A stretch of DNA of 63,165 bases, the filler included, from Octopus bimaculoides (lineage: Eukaryota): the NCBI RefSeq assembly GCF_001194135.2. It is 6 parts of 6 records of this genome, joined end to end, with 100 filler letters (N's around TTAATTAATTAA, not from the genome) between each part and the next. Parts side by side here need not be neighbours in the genome. Positions count along the whole stretch, not along the records: positions 1 to 17,857 come from NC_069006.1; positions 17,958 to 36,953 come from NC_068988.1; 4 more parts are not named here. One strand, written 5' to 3'. Of the stretch, positions 14,698 through 27,728 are shown in pieces. How positions within the stretch are numbered: the stretch's first letter is position 1; every line of letters starts with the position of its first letter. The position numbers and the translations under genes were made by a program. Below the pieces are notes generated by a model. It saw nothing but the letters and a program-made list of their open reading frames with translations. It had not been told where the DNA came from and did no database searches.

Positions 14698-15588
14698 NNN
14701 NNNNNNNNNNNNNNNNNNNNNNNNNNNNNNNNNNNNNNNNNNNNNNNNNNNNNNNNNNNNNNNNNNNNNNNNNNNNNNNNNNNNNNNNNNNNNNNNNNNN
14801 NNNNNNNNNNNNNNNNNNNNNNNNNNNNNNNNNNNNNNNNNNNNNNNNNNNNNNNNNNNNNNNNNNNNNNNNNNNNNNNNNNNNNNNNNNNNNNNNNNNN
14901 NNNNNNNNNNNNNNNNNNNNNNNNNNNNNNNNNNNNNNNNNNNNNNNNNNNNNNNNNNNNNNNNNNNNNNNNNNNNNNNNNNNNNNNNNNNNNNNNNNNN
15001 NNNNNNNNNNNNNNNNNNNNNNNNNNNNNNNNNNNNNNNNNNNNNNNNNNNNNNNNNNNNNNNNNNNNNNNNNNNNNNNNNNNNNNNNNNNNNNNNNNNN
15101 NNNNNNNNNNNNNNNNNNNNNNNNNNNNNNNNNNNNNNNNNNNNNNNNNNNNNNNNNNNNNNNNNNNNNNNNNNNNNNNNNNNNNNNNNNNNNNNNNNNN
15201 NNNNNNNNNNNNNNNNNNNNNNNNNNNNNNNNNNNNNNNNNNNNNNNNNNNNNNNNNNNNNNNNNNNNNNNNNNNNNNNNTATATATATATATATATATG
15301 TGCGCGCGCGCGCACTCACGTTTCCTTTAACCAAATTCACTCACAAGTTATTGGTCAGGTCCAAGTTTCCGTGCAGTGGGGCTGAACCCGAAACCACGTG
15401 GTTGCAAAGCGGGCTTCCTAACAACACAGCCATGCATGCACGTATATATATGTGTGCGTGTGTTAACCACACGGCCATGCATGCACGTGTATATGTGTGC
15501 GTGTGTTACATCGTATATATATATATATATATATACTCTTTTACTTGTTTCAGTCANNNNNNNNNNTGCGGCCATGCTGGAGCACCGC

Positions 15589-15625
<37 letters not shown>

Positions 15626-15874
15626 GTGTATGTGTATATGCAATTATTGTGATTTCATCTGTTTGCTTCTATATAAGTATAGCTCTTAAAGCAGTAACTT
15701 AAGTGTTGAATGTTGGCTGTATGGTATAGTGTCTGGTGTATATATCCCATATACACAGATGGGCTTTTGTTGGCTTTGTCAAAGAACGGCTACACTAAAT
15801 TGGAATATATACATGCAAAGATGTGTATATGCATATGTAAAACATGCAGTTATAAGTATTTATACACACACACG

Positions 15875-15936
<62 letters not shown>

Positions 15937-16334
15937 TATGTATGCTATATAAACAAATTTGTAAATATGCGTGTTCATATACATATGCGTATGTATATAT
16001 GTACATAAAATTTGTGTGTGATTGTCTATGTACACATATATACCGTCATATATAGAGGTTTGTGGTGCAAACAGGAAAATAGAACTTAAAACGTGTATGA
16101 ATATACATTATATATATATATAGTTTTTATTAATAATGGGCAGAAGTTTTAGAGACTCAGGGCCCGGGAGTTCCGTGTATTGATGCTTACCAAACACACA
16201 CACACACGTATGTGTGTGTATGTGTAGATATATACCACGCGCACGCGTAATTTTATGCATATATTAATGCATGTGCTAATATAACTATGCATAAACCTGT
16301 GTGTATGTAATATACGTATGTATATTCGTAAATA

Positions 16335-16389
<55 letters not shown>

Positions 16390-16563
16390 AGATGTAAATA
16401 TAGATGTATATTTATACAGAAATGTGTGACTATATACACTACCAACCACATGGTTCCGGGTTCAGTCCCACTGCGTGGCATCTTGGGCAAGTGTCTTCTA
16501 CTATAGCCTCGGGCCGACCAAAGCCTTGTGAGTGGATTTGGTAGACGGAAACTGAAAGAAATG

Positions 16564-16600
<37 letters not shown>

Positions 16601-16680
16601 AGATGTAAATATAGATGTATATTTATACAGAAATGTGTGACTATATACACTACCAACCACATGGTTCCGGGTTCAGTNNN
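7317..16680. repeat. Cluster of full and partial family A SINEs in AUTS2-like intron 1
   Basis: Approximate copies at 7317-7640 (-), 8090-8235 (+), 8665-8820 (+), 8860-9125 (-), 9960-10350 (-), 10373-10545 (+), 11440-11530 (-), 12940-13100 (+), 15320-15590 (-) and 16440-16680 (+). Confidence 0.75.
13705..14110 (+). mobile_element. SINE family A, full length with internal gap
   Basis: Family A head and tail flank an N gap. Confidence 0.8.
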
Positions 16681-17798
16681 NNNNNNNNNNNNNNNNNNNN
16701 NNNNNNNNNNNNNNNNNNNNNNNNNNNNNNNNNNNNNNNNNNNNNNNNNNNNNNNNNNNNNNNNNNNNNNNNNNNNNNNNNNNNNNNNNNNNNNNNNNNN
16801 NNNNNNNNNNNNNNNNNNNNNNNNNNNNNNNNNNNNNNNNNNNNNNNNNNNNNNNNNNNNNNNNNNNNNNNNNNNNNNNNNNNNNNNNNNNNNNNNNNNN
16901 NNNNNNNNNNNNNNNNNNNNNNNNNNNNNNNNNNNNNNNNNNNNNNNNNNNNNNNNNNNNNNNNNNNNATATATATATATATATATATATATATACACGC
17001 ACACAAACACACGGATACGCACATATACATTATGTATATGTTGTTAACTGTGTTTATATATAGATGTATAAAGAATAATCTATACTCATGCCTACAGACA
17101 TCGTCTCCATATAATAGCTAGTTCGTGCTTTGTAAATGAATGTTCACTCTTTCTTGCCATTCATGTAGTCTCTCCCAAACCCATCCTCTTGTCCTTTTAT
17201 TTTCTGTTTGCCATACACACTCACACACGTACGTGTGTGTGTGTTGTGTGTGTTGATGTGTACTTTTGTGAATAAATGTAAATATTATACACGTATATAT
17301 TTCTCTATGTGTTTCTGAATTATATAAAACGTTCGTGTGCATCTACATATGTGTGCGCGAGCATTTCCGTCTCTGCGCATACATTTACCTCTCCTTGTGT
17401 ATGTATATTTATCTGTGTGCATGCATGTATATTTATGTATGTGTGTGTACGAGTGGGTATATATGTCTGTATATTTATCTGTGTGCAGGCATGTATATTT
17501 ATGTATGTGTATGTACGCGTGGGTATATATGTCTATGTATGTGCGTGTGCATATATATATATATGTGTGTACTTACATGCGTGTATTTAAATGTGTATAT
17601 ATATGTTTAAATATATGTGTGTATATATAATGTTTACGTTGTGCATGTATATATACAAATATATAGACGTAAGCATAATATTTAATTATATACCCACACG
17701 TATACCATGTCTGTATATATGTCTGGTATATTTTTTGGCCTACTTAGCTTTTCCCTTCTCGCCCTGTCTCTTACAGAATACTTGCAGTCTCGTGTGTG

Positions 17799-17857
<59 letters not shown>

Positions 17858-17957
17858 NNNNNNNNNNNNNNNNNNNNNNNNNNNNNNNNNNNNNNNNNNN
17901 NTTAATTAATTAANNNNNNNNNNNNNNNNNNNNNNNNNNNNNNNNNNNNNNNNNNNN
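17858..17957. other. Artificial scaffolding spacer N44-TTAATTAATTAA-N44
   Basis: Exactly 100 nt. The 12-mer is self-complementary and has stops in all six frames. Identical spacers at 36954-37053, 50305-50404, 58329-58428 and 61255-61354. Confidence 0.95.
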
Positions 17958-19162
17958 CTCCGCAAGAACCTAGTCGGCTTGGCTACAACAATATATAAAA
18001 TTTAAAACAGATTTCAAAAGATTTCCGGGTAAAAACGGCAACAACTTACAGAGCTTCGGGAGACACGTCCATCCGCTTGAATAATAATAATAATAATAAT
18101 AATAATATATGGCGGTGCCCCAGCATGGCCACAGCTCATGAGCTGAAACTAGATAAAATAAAAAAATGAAAATATATATATATATATATATATACTGACA
18201 TTCACGTCGTTGAATTTTTGAATTTCTAAATTCAATTGCGTTGTTGCAATAAAAGGTATGTTAACATATTTGGGTAGTCAGGGATAAGTTTCATACAAAA
18301 TTTATTATATTAAAGTTTCTAAGTTTTCTTGAGATGTTCGTTTGTCTGTCTGGTTGGAGAATACAGTCGTATTTTTGCAATGAAAGGGATGTTTACATTT
18401 TCGAATACTCAGGGAGAAAGAAAAGGAAAGAAAAGGAAGGTAAAATTTTAACAGAAAATTGTAGATACTAAGGTTTTAAAATTTACTGGAGATGATCTTT
18501 TGTTTGTCCGAACAGAGAAAACTGTAGCGTTCTTGGAATAAAGATGTTTACATTTTCGAATACTGAGGGAGGAAGGAAAGGATAGGTATTCACAGAAGTT
18601 GTAGATGTTATTACTATTATTATTATCAAAGATGTTGCACAGTATACAATATTGTGATGTATATTGAAGATATAGTGTGTACCAGGGACTTGTGTTATCA
18701 GTCAAGTCACAAGAACCTCACACAGACAGCACTTTATGCAGTGTGCGTGCAGTTCTCAGTAAAGTGCCCAGATGTTTCTTTAGGTTGGTTTGTATGGAAC
18801 CTAATGTTCCAATGATAACAGGAGCAAATTTATATTTGTTTCTCGCAAGTACCACATCTTAGCAATCGAAATTTTCAGGCCTCCCATATTTATCGACCGT
18901 TTTTCTCTCTCTTTTTCATGACAGTATGTTAATTTCTTGGCGTTGCCATGTCAATTATTAGGCATTTTTCTTGTCCTCTTTAAAGGCTACTATATCTGCC
19001 CTTCGGTACTTGAACACCTTGTCAGCTTGGAAATCAAAGTCCCAGAGGATCTTTGCCTTCCTGTTTACCTCCATTACCTTTTTTCTGGGTCAATAAAGAA
19101 ATCATCATTATCATCATCATATTATTATTATTATTATTATTATCATTATTATTATTATTATA

Positions 19163-19203
<41 letters not shown>

Positions 19204-19239
19204 CATTATTATTATCATCATTATCATTATTATCATGAA

Positions 19240-19445
19240 GGCGGCGATCTGGCAGAATCATCAGCACGCCAGGTGAAATGCTTAGTGGTATTTCGTCTGT
19301 CTTCATGTTCTGAGTTCAAATTCCACCAAGGTCGACTTTGCCTTTCATCCTTTCGGGATCGATAAATTAAGTACCAGTGAAACACTGGGGTCGATGTAAT
19401 CAATTTGTCCCCTCTCCCAAAATGGCTGCCCTTGTGACAACATTT
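19240..19445 (+). mobile_element. tRNA-derived SINE, family B
   Basis: ggcggcgatctggcagaatc...gagttcaaattcc...gtcgactttgcctttcatcctttcggg core. Degenerate copies near 11130-11275, 28765-28935 (-), 32070-32200 (-), 33600-33700 (-), 37870-37950 and 49000-49180 (-). Confidence 0.8.
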
Positions 19446-19732
19446 GGAATCATTATAATAATAATTATTACTAGCTAGACCCATGAAAACTTCGCGGAAA
19501 ATATAAAAAATGTAAATATAAAAAATGTAAATTGTGTGCTGGTGCCATGAGAAATGTTTCTATACTGTGACACTTACAGAATATAGAAAGAAGTGTAAAA
19601 CTGATAACTATATAATCCAACCAAAATATCTTAGTTATGCAAACATAAACAGAATTACTATTTATTCTTAAAATACAGTGTACATATTCAAAGAACCTTC
19701 TTGGTTTAGTGGTTTGGAACGTCCTTCTGGTA

Positions 19733-19939
19733 CTCTTTTACTTATTTCAGTCATTTGTCTGTGGCCACGCTGGAGCACCGCCCTTTAGTCGAAGAAATCA
19801 AACCCCTGGACTAATTCCCAGTAAACCTGGTGCTTATTCTATCAGTCTCTTCTACCGAGCAGCTAAGGTACAGGGACGCAAACACACCAGCATCGGTTGC
19901 CAAGTGACGGTGGTGGGGGACAAACACACACACATACAA

Positions 19940-19979
<40 letters not shown>

Positions 19980-20050
19980 GACGGGCTTCTTTCCGTTTCC
20001 ATCTATGAAATCCACTCACGAGGAGTTTCGGTCGGCCCGAGGTTATAGTA
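19733..20050 (-). mobile_element. SINE family A
   Basis: Tail and body on the minus strand. Further partial minus copies lie near 58520-58640 and 61030-61170. Confidence 0.75.
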
Positions 20051-21304
20051 GAAGATACTCTTTAAAGTATAGAGTTCAATTTTGTGTAGCCACCTGTTGG
20101 CAACTTTTCTCCCTCACCCATTTTGTAGGGGTATTACCCNNNNNNNNNNNNNNNNNNNNNNNNNNNNNNNNNNNNNNNNNNNNNNNNNNNNNNNNNNNNN
20201 NNNNNNNNNNNNNNNNNNNNNNNNNNNNNNNNNNNNNNNNNNNNNNNNNNNGCTCTTTTCACAGCTATACCTCGTTGGAAATTTGCATTAGTTTTTGTAT
20301 GAAATTAAAAAGGAAGGGAGTGGGGCTTATTTATAGTTTGTAGAGGAAACGTTAAACGTGCCTGAAAAACTAAACATGGTCTTTTCCCCAACTAAAAGAC
20401 ATAAAAAAACTATGAAAGAAGGCGAATAAGTATCAGGGTGGGGGAAAGAAGAGAGAACTAACAGTCGATCGTTCTAGAACTCCCAAAATTAAAACGTAAA
20501 CCCCTGAAAGACTTTCCCTCTTCTTCATTGTTAAAAGTAAAGATCGGTCGTATTTCAGTCTAATTGTCATTGTAAATGACTGAGGCTTTCCTTTGTCTTT
20601 CTCTATTGCTTCACTTTCTTTCTCTATGATTAAGAGAGTGCAGGTGCGTGGCTCAGTGGTTAGGGATATTCGACCCATGATTGTAAAGTCATGAGTACGA
20701 TTCTCGGCGACGCGCTGTGTTCTTGAGCAAGGTACTCTACTTCACCTTGCTGCAGTCCTCTCAGCTGGCAAAAATGAGCTGTAGCTGTAATTGAAAGGGG
20801 TCAGCTTTTTCATATTCTTCCAACTACTTGAAGGTTTTTCTTGCTTCAGTCCACTCAGCTGGCCAAAATGTGATGTAGGTGTAATTGAAAGGGGTCAGCC
20901 ATGTCATATTCTGTGAGGACTAATCCTCCGGAGAACTACGTTAATCGTATGCATGCCTGTGGAGTACTCAGCCACTTGCGAGTTAATTTTATCCTCGTGT
21001 TGTAATGAAAAGTGAAAGTGATCCAATATTTGCTATAGTTATTTGTCTTTGATTTAACAGCGTTTCTATGTATCTACTGTCTCTCTCTCATTTCTTTTTC
21101 TCTTTCACTTCCTCTGTGTCTCTCCTCTATCCCGCTTTTAATTTAACAATGTGTGTATGTAACTATGTATCTACTTTTCTTTTGATCTATGTATATACTT
21201 TTCTTTCGATGTATGCATCAGTCTACTCTGAAAATACAAAATACTTAAACATTTTACTTCTCCCTTCAACTATAGAAAAGTAACAGTGACATCCACATCT
21301 ATTT

Positions 21305-21349
<45 letters not shown>

Positions 21350-22249
21350 ATAACAGTCAGACAGATAGACAGATAGGCAACATTTCTTTTTGCAATTTCC
21401 ATATTTTCAATGCCTTTATCATATATCGTTGAAAACAAAAAGTTTACCTGCATTTTCTGCATGATAATGGTTCCATTCTCTTTCACTATTATTCTCTATC
21501 CACTTCCTTCCTTCACTCAATCTCTCTCTCTAAATCTCTCTCTTTCTCCCTTCCCTCTCCCTCCCCCTCCCTCCTCTATGTCTCCTTGCCTCCAATTGAC
21601 CTCCTGCGTTTAACGCATTGTATTTCTCTTACCTCTCAGTGCTAGCAATCTTCCCCCTCTCTCTCACTCCCTCTTACTTCCTCTTTGCTCCTTACTTCAA
21701 CTATACTTCCTCTGCTTCTGTCCCTCCCCTCTCTCCCGCTTTGCCGCTCACTTCAAGTATACCTCCTTTGCTTAACATCTTTTATTTCTCTTTTTCTTTG
21801 TACCTCTCTCTTCAACCTTTTTACCTCTTCCTTTGAAGTAAGTGTGGCACACACCACAGGTACGTGCGAAAACAAAAACAAAAACAAACTACGCGTATTA
21901 ATATTATTGATGGCTGCCATACTGTAAAGGAAATTTGAAGCTCTATAAGTTGAGATAGTGTTTGTAATCTTTTCGGCCTTTTTTAAGGCCTCATGTTTTC
22001 ATTTTATAGTTACCATTGCATTTCTGGGATTGTCTGGACTGTGCTGATAGTATTTTTGTTAAGAAACACTCCTTGTTTTGCAGGGGTTCTGCATCAATAT
22101 TTTTAAATCTTAACAACTTTTGGAAAATATTTGCTATTTTGTTATTCATTTAAAGATGGCTTATAAAGAAGCCATCATAATGTTCGACAGTGGGATGTGT
22201 TCCTTGTCAAAGGAGAATGAGAACAAAGATGTAGAATGGCCTACACTTA

Positions 22250-22328
22250 ATGACGTCATCTCGAAGAAAATTCAAAACTTTTGGTGACGGCAATGACAAC
22301 AACAATAACGGCAACAGTAACATCAGTG

Positions 22329-22363
<35 letters not shown>

Positions 22364-24900
22364 ATCAACAGCAGCAACAATGATACTAACAAAGCGAAAT
22401 TTAGAAATGTGAATATCACCACTTCCACCGCCGCCGCCACCACTTCCACTGCAAAGGAGGTTTACTTTGCGATTGTGGTGAGAAATTTGGAAGATTTCTG
22501 CATAGATGAAGAAAATCTGAAAATGGCCAGGAAAATCCTAAAAGGGAATGGGAGAAGAGTAGCCCTAAACCCTCCATCCGATGTAATAGAGAATATCTTA
22601 AGATGCACGGTCACATACTGCTACATCAGAGTTAAGTCACGCCAGGTAGAAAATGCTCCTGAGAGCGCAATACAAAAATTCTCTGGTGCTTGTGGGAACA
22701 GAAGACCCACATCACTCAAGGAAAGAAGTTTGGCACTATTGAGGTGAGATTTGGGACAGAAGACGAAGCCAGGTGCCATTCGGCAACCACTTTCAGGAAT
22801 AAAAACTTCTTAATCTCCAGCTATTGTGGCCAACACTTTGCTAAGGTTAGAGTGTTGAATCTGCTGCAAAGAATATCCATCACCTCGTTAGTGATGGCTG
22901 TCTTGGCAAATTTAGAAGAAGATGAAGTGACAATCTTGGAAGTCAAGAAAATACCTTATCAAAACTGGTCAAGTATAGGTATGGAACTGTCTTTACAATG
23001 TAAGCAAGACCATATCGACCAGCTTCCCAATCTAATCGATCTCCCGGATGCTACCCACCTATCAGTGTTAGTGGAGGGTAGAAAGCCAAGATGCCACATA
23101 TGTGGCTTTAAGAACTCAACAAAAAGATATACAGAAACCACAACTGCAACACAATTCGCAACCACTCTAACAAAAGGGACAAGAACAAGAACAACTTCAA
23201 AAACAGCAACATCAACAAGAATATTCATCAGATTCTCGATGAAATGTATCCATTAATCTCAATGTTGTGAACAAGTGCAACAGTGGATTGATGGATTTTG
23301 TAAGTCAAAACAAAAACAAAATAGAGAGAAAGAGATTTGAGGATGAAATCCTCAAAGCCCTCAAGGACAGACTATTAATTAAAACTTCGTCAGACGTTTA
23401 TAAAACAATGAGAAAAATTCCTCTGTAATGTCGGAATTTAAAAAAAAATTCAGTTGATAAAAGGCTGTTGGAAGGGCCTTTTAGAATATTTTCACCAGTA
23501 AGGAGATCCGGAACTTCTGGGTTTCTCAAAAATCAAGGTGAGTAACCTCCTCTTTTTCTTTCTCTGACTAACATGACTGTGCTGAGAATGAGGTGTGTGA
23601 ATGTGCATGACCTGAGATCAGTTTGGAAGCAAGGTCACTTGCTCAATGATCTCAGGTTACTTGATTTAGATGTAGTGAAACAAGGATCCCCGGAAAACAT
23701 GCTCTAGCATCTATTTTCGAGGACTACAAGGTATTCTCATCTTGTGGTTTATCAGGAGAGGGTTGCGGTGTAGCAGTGCTACTCTGGAAATCTTTAAATC
23801 TCCAAGTACGGTTTATCTTCGTGGACCCAGATGGCAGGGTGATGGTTTAGGACGTGAATGGCAGCAAAGGTGGTGCCTTTAGACTAGTGGCAGTTAATGC
23901 CCCAACAGGAGCTGGAAGGCCAGGTTTCTTCAAGCATCTAGAAACATCTCACACTTTAGTACTAGTGGGAGACTGGAATAATATTATGGATGTACAGAAG
24001 GACTGTGCGTTTTTAGTACATAACAGAAGTGGGTGTAAAAGCCTCAAAATCCTGCTCAGGACTTTCCAGTTTTCTGACAGGTACCAACTGGATTTCCTTG
24101 ATGTGCCAGTGTGGATATGGAGCAACTACAACTGGTCATTCAGATGGTATTTAGACAGTGTTTGTTAGGTCAGCGGTTTGGGATAGCACAGGTTATCCAC
24201 AATTTAAATTGGTTGGCTACACAGATCGGGTCTTATGGATAATATCCAGAAATCCCTGGCCTGTCAGTGCTACTGGCGAGCTCTGCTGGTTTGAGAGAAG
24301 CTCTACAGATAAAGTGCTGTCAGATGACTGAGGTGTGAACAAAGCAACGAAACCATTCCACATGCATCCGTCCAATGTCTTGGCATTGCAGATTTGTGGA
24401 GCTTTGTTAAACAGCTGTTGACGTGTGTAGGACAGATCAGGTTGTCAACTGAGCCCATCGTGAAGATAACCACACCACCTTCTTTTGGACAGGAAAGGAA
24501 GGCAGTTTTCCTCTGTCTGGTGGCTTTGGTGAAGGAAGTAGTGTGGTGGACAAGGCTGAAAGTACGGAAGACAGATACTTTCCTCTTTGACCAAGCCCTC
24601 ATTGACTTTTTCAGGTTCCACTTGTAAAGGAAGGTGAGTGTAGAAAGGGAAGTACTGACCCCCCTCCCATTCCCAGTATTTTTTCTGAAAGGTGGGTGAA
24701 TGTGGTGTGGATGGCCCACATGAACGGGCCTACTCTGAACATACACTTGTAAGCTGGAGGAGCTGAGAAAGAGAGAGGCACCTATTGAGGTGCCCCTGGC
24801 AGTTGGGGGTAACCAGGATGTGTGAACTTCCTCAGTTGTCCCTTTTTGTTTTGTGTTTGGCCATCATGGACAATAAAAAAAGTATTATTTATTTATTCAT
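22250..24900 (+). mobile_element. Tx1/L1-type LINE, decayed, RT domain deleted
   Basis: ORF1-like frames end in VEGRKPRCHICG (zinc knuckle). An AP-endonuclease remnant follows (MRCVNV, GVAVLL, RLVAVNAP, LVLVGDWN, YLD, GYTD). It is joined directly to the ORF2 C-terminal zinc region (RCEQSNETIPHA...C, KEVVWWTR) and an A-rich end. Confidence 0.8.
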
Positions 24901-25152
24901 TTAATTTTGAATCCTATTTTACCTAACCTTACTTATTCTAATCATCTTTTCTCTCTTACACTTTTGCTGTTTCCTACTCTCTCTCTCTCTTCCTTTCTCC
25001 CTTTGGTCACTGTCTCTCTTGCTTTTCTTCTGATAAGGTAACCAAGTATCTCCTTTATATCAACACACTTGTTTCTGGCCTCTTTCTTGTACTTCTCTCT
25101 CCTCTGTCTCTGTCTGTCTCTGTCTGTCTGTCTCTGTCTCTCTCTCTGTCTC

Positions 25153-25204
<52 letters not shown>

Positions 25205-25429
25205 ATCATGTACCTCCTTTATAGCAAGACACCTACTTATGCCTCTCTATTTCTCTACTACACTCTACTGGATCACCTCCTCTAATGCCCTCTCTGCTGT
25301 GGAAAGACACCTGCTCCAGTCTCTTTGTCACACTCTAATCTTTCATTCTCTGACACAAGTTCCCCTCCTCAAATGCCTCTTCCCCTCTCATAATTCCTTG
25401 CTTGCGAGTGCTTGTGAAAACCTGTTGAG

Positions 25430-26030
25430 GCAAGTGAAATGAAAATCAAAATCGCTGACATGGTCGATGACAGTACCGCCTGATTGGCACTCGTGCCAGT
25501 GGAACGTTAAAGCACCATCCAAGTGTGATCATTGCCATTTGAGCGTGATTGTTGCCAGTGTCTCCTTACTGGCACATGTGCCAGTGTTATGTAAAAGCAT
25601 CCACTACACTCTCAGAGTGGTTGGCATTAGGAAGGGCATCCAGCTGTAGAAACTTTGCCAGATCAGATTGGAGCCTGGTGCAGCCTTCTGGCTTGCCAGT
25701 CTTCAGTCAAACCATCCAACCCATGCCAGCATGGAAAGCGGACGTTAAATGACAACAATGATGATGATGAGACCACACTATAGGTGGTTGATGTTTGGAA
25801 GGTCATCCAGCTGTAAAAATCATGCCAAAACTAACCTTGCCTGTGCTAGTGCCACGTAAAAATGACCAAGTCAACTCTGTGGAGTGGTTGGTGTTAGGAA
25901 AGGCATCCAGCTGTAAAATTCCTGCCAAAACAGACACAGTAACCTACAGTAGTTTTTCTACCTGGCTGGCTCCTGTCAACCATCCTACCCTTGCATGCAT
26001 AGAAGATTGACGTTAAATGATGATGATGGT
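25430..26030 (+). mobile_element. RTE-related short interspersed repeat with (GAT)n tail, two tandem copies
   Basis: ggaagggcatccagctgtagaaa...ccaacccatgccagcatggaaagcggacgttaaa(tga)n. Other copies near 48-150 (-), 7910-8040, 8490-8610, 10560-10740, 10780-11050 (-), 12080-12340 (-) and 14300-14490. Confidence 0.75.
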
Positions 26031-26499
26031 CTCAAATTATAATTATCCCTTAAATTATTTCACAGCACTTTAAGGTTTTGATAGACAACAAATGAAATTA
26101 ATATTATTAACAACCTATTATAAAGGAAATTATTAATGTTTGTCTCAGTATTCTTTGCAGTGTCAATTCACATTTTTGTGTGTGTGTATGACATTAGTCT
26201 ACAGATGTAGATCTTCTTACAATAATCATGGTTTATACTTTTTTGTTTTTGTAAATATTTTGTATTAAAATACATAGCTTGTCTGATTTCCAGAGTACAA
26301 ATTGTTGTAGCAAGTGAGGAAACACTTTCATCCAGCATTGTCATTGTTTTACACAAGTTTTACTTGAATAATGACTTAAATTTCCCTTATCAACTGTTCA
26401 GAACCTTTTTGAGTCACTTCCTTAATGTATAAAGCTGAGATTGATGCCAAAAGTGCATCAACTCCATATATATAAAAATCTTCTATTTAAGAAGGTTTT

Positions 26500-27697
26500 T
26501 CTATTAAACCCTGTGTGTATGTCATTGTTCAGTTTTATTTCAAGATTTCTTGCAAATAGAGAAAGAGCCAGTTTCTAACCTAGATTCAAGGCTCCTTGAT
26601 TGGAATTTCAACATCAACAACAGGGTATTTTTGTTTGTATGTATATGTGCAGATTTGTATGCTCTGCTTAATGTATGTTTTCTCATACATAGAGTGGCAT
26701 ATCTAGACATGCTCATATGTATTTAAATGATAAACTTCTGGAAATTTTTAACAAAATTTTACAACTCCAGTGATAGATTGGATCTGTAGTCTTCGAACCA
26801 ACTTTTTGCTTTCTGATTTTGAGAAGCTTAATTTCTCAGGATTGGTATTTAGGCAGTGCGTTACATTTCCCAAGGCCCTAATAATTACAGGTATAATCCT
26901 GAACTTGCAATCTGGATAGAGTAACTGCAGATTTCTCAATAATACTGCATAGGTGTTCTCTTTTTAACTTTGTTTACATCTGCTGGGCAGCTAATTTCCA
27001 CAACTGTGCACAATTTCTCTTCTCTATTCCAAATCATTATATCAGGTCTGTTGCAGTACTGGGATATTCCATCAGTACTCCATTTTGTTATGAGTGGCTA
27101 TGGCTTCTATCATACTGTGGGTTCTTATTTCTTTGTCCTTGGGCTTATCCTTTCAATGGATTTCCTTTTAGAGTATCCTGGCCACACCATGTCTCATTTG
27201 TAGATAATACTGTGAGGACATTTTTGGACAACTGCTTATGGTGTGGTTGATATCTTCTGTGTTAACCCCACAAAGTCTGCATCGGTTGTCACAATTTACT
27301 GCTTTTCCTGCATCTCTATCCCTTTTGTGCATGAGGTACTTGGTTGATATTTCCTGTTCTTGGATTGCGAACACATACCCTTCAAAGTGGGAGGTAGTAA
27401 TGCAGCTATTATTGGTCCATGATAAACTGCTTTGATGACCAATGTTACTATCAACTTGGAGCTTCCTACTAACATGTCTATGCATAGTCTTCTGCTCATA
27501 TAGGCTCATCCTTTCATCTGATGATATGTTGCAGTAGAGTCATGTGACTTCTTTGGGCATGTATTCTAGGTTATCAGACAAAGAATGTTCCTCAAGGAGC
27601 TGGCTTCCAATTCTTATGATTTTATCAGCCTCATGTATGCAAACTTGGTCAAGGGATGCACTTCGACACTTGGTGGTTAAAAGATGTTGCTGAAGGG

Positions 27698-27700
<3 letters not shown>
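26500..27700 (-). mobile_element. R4/NeSL-type (restriction-like endonuclease) non-LTR retrotransposon, 3' fragment plus 3'UTR
   Basis: FEGYVFAIQEQEI, CRLCG...EDINHTISSC...Y..RH.VA, VVEISCPADVN and LLYPDCKFRIIPVIIRALG are CCHC-finger/REL motifs. Frameshifts and stops are present. Confidence 0.8.

Positions 27701-27728
<28 letters not shown>

Noticed and set aside
16350-16677. Identical block of about 115 nt repeated immediately before an N gap
   Set aside because: Typical contig-end overlap artefact.
18090-19235. Poly-Y/poly-N/poly-H ORFs from (AAT)n and (ATC)n tracts, also at about 30.1-30.5 and 55.2-55.8 kb
   Set aside because: Trinucleotide microsatellites without splice signals or conserved flanking peptide.
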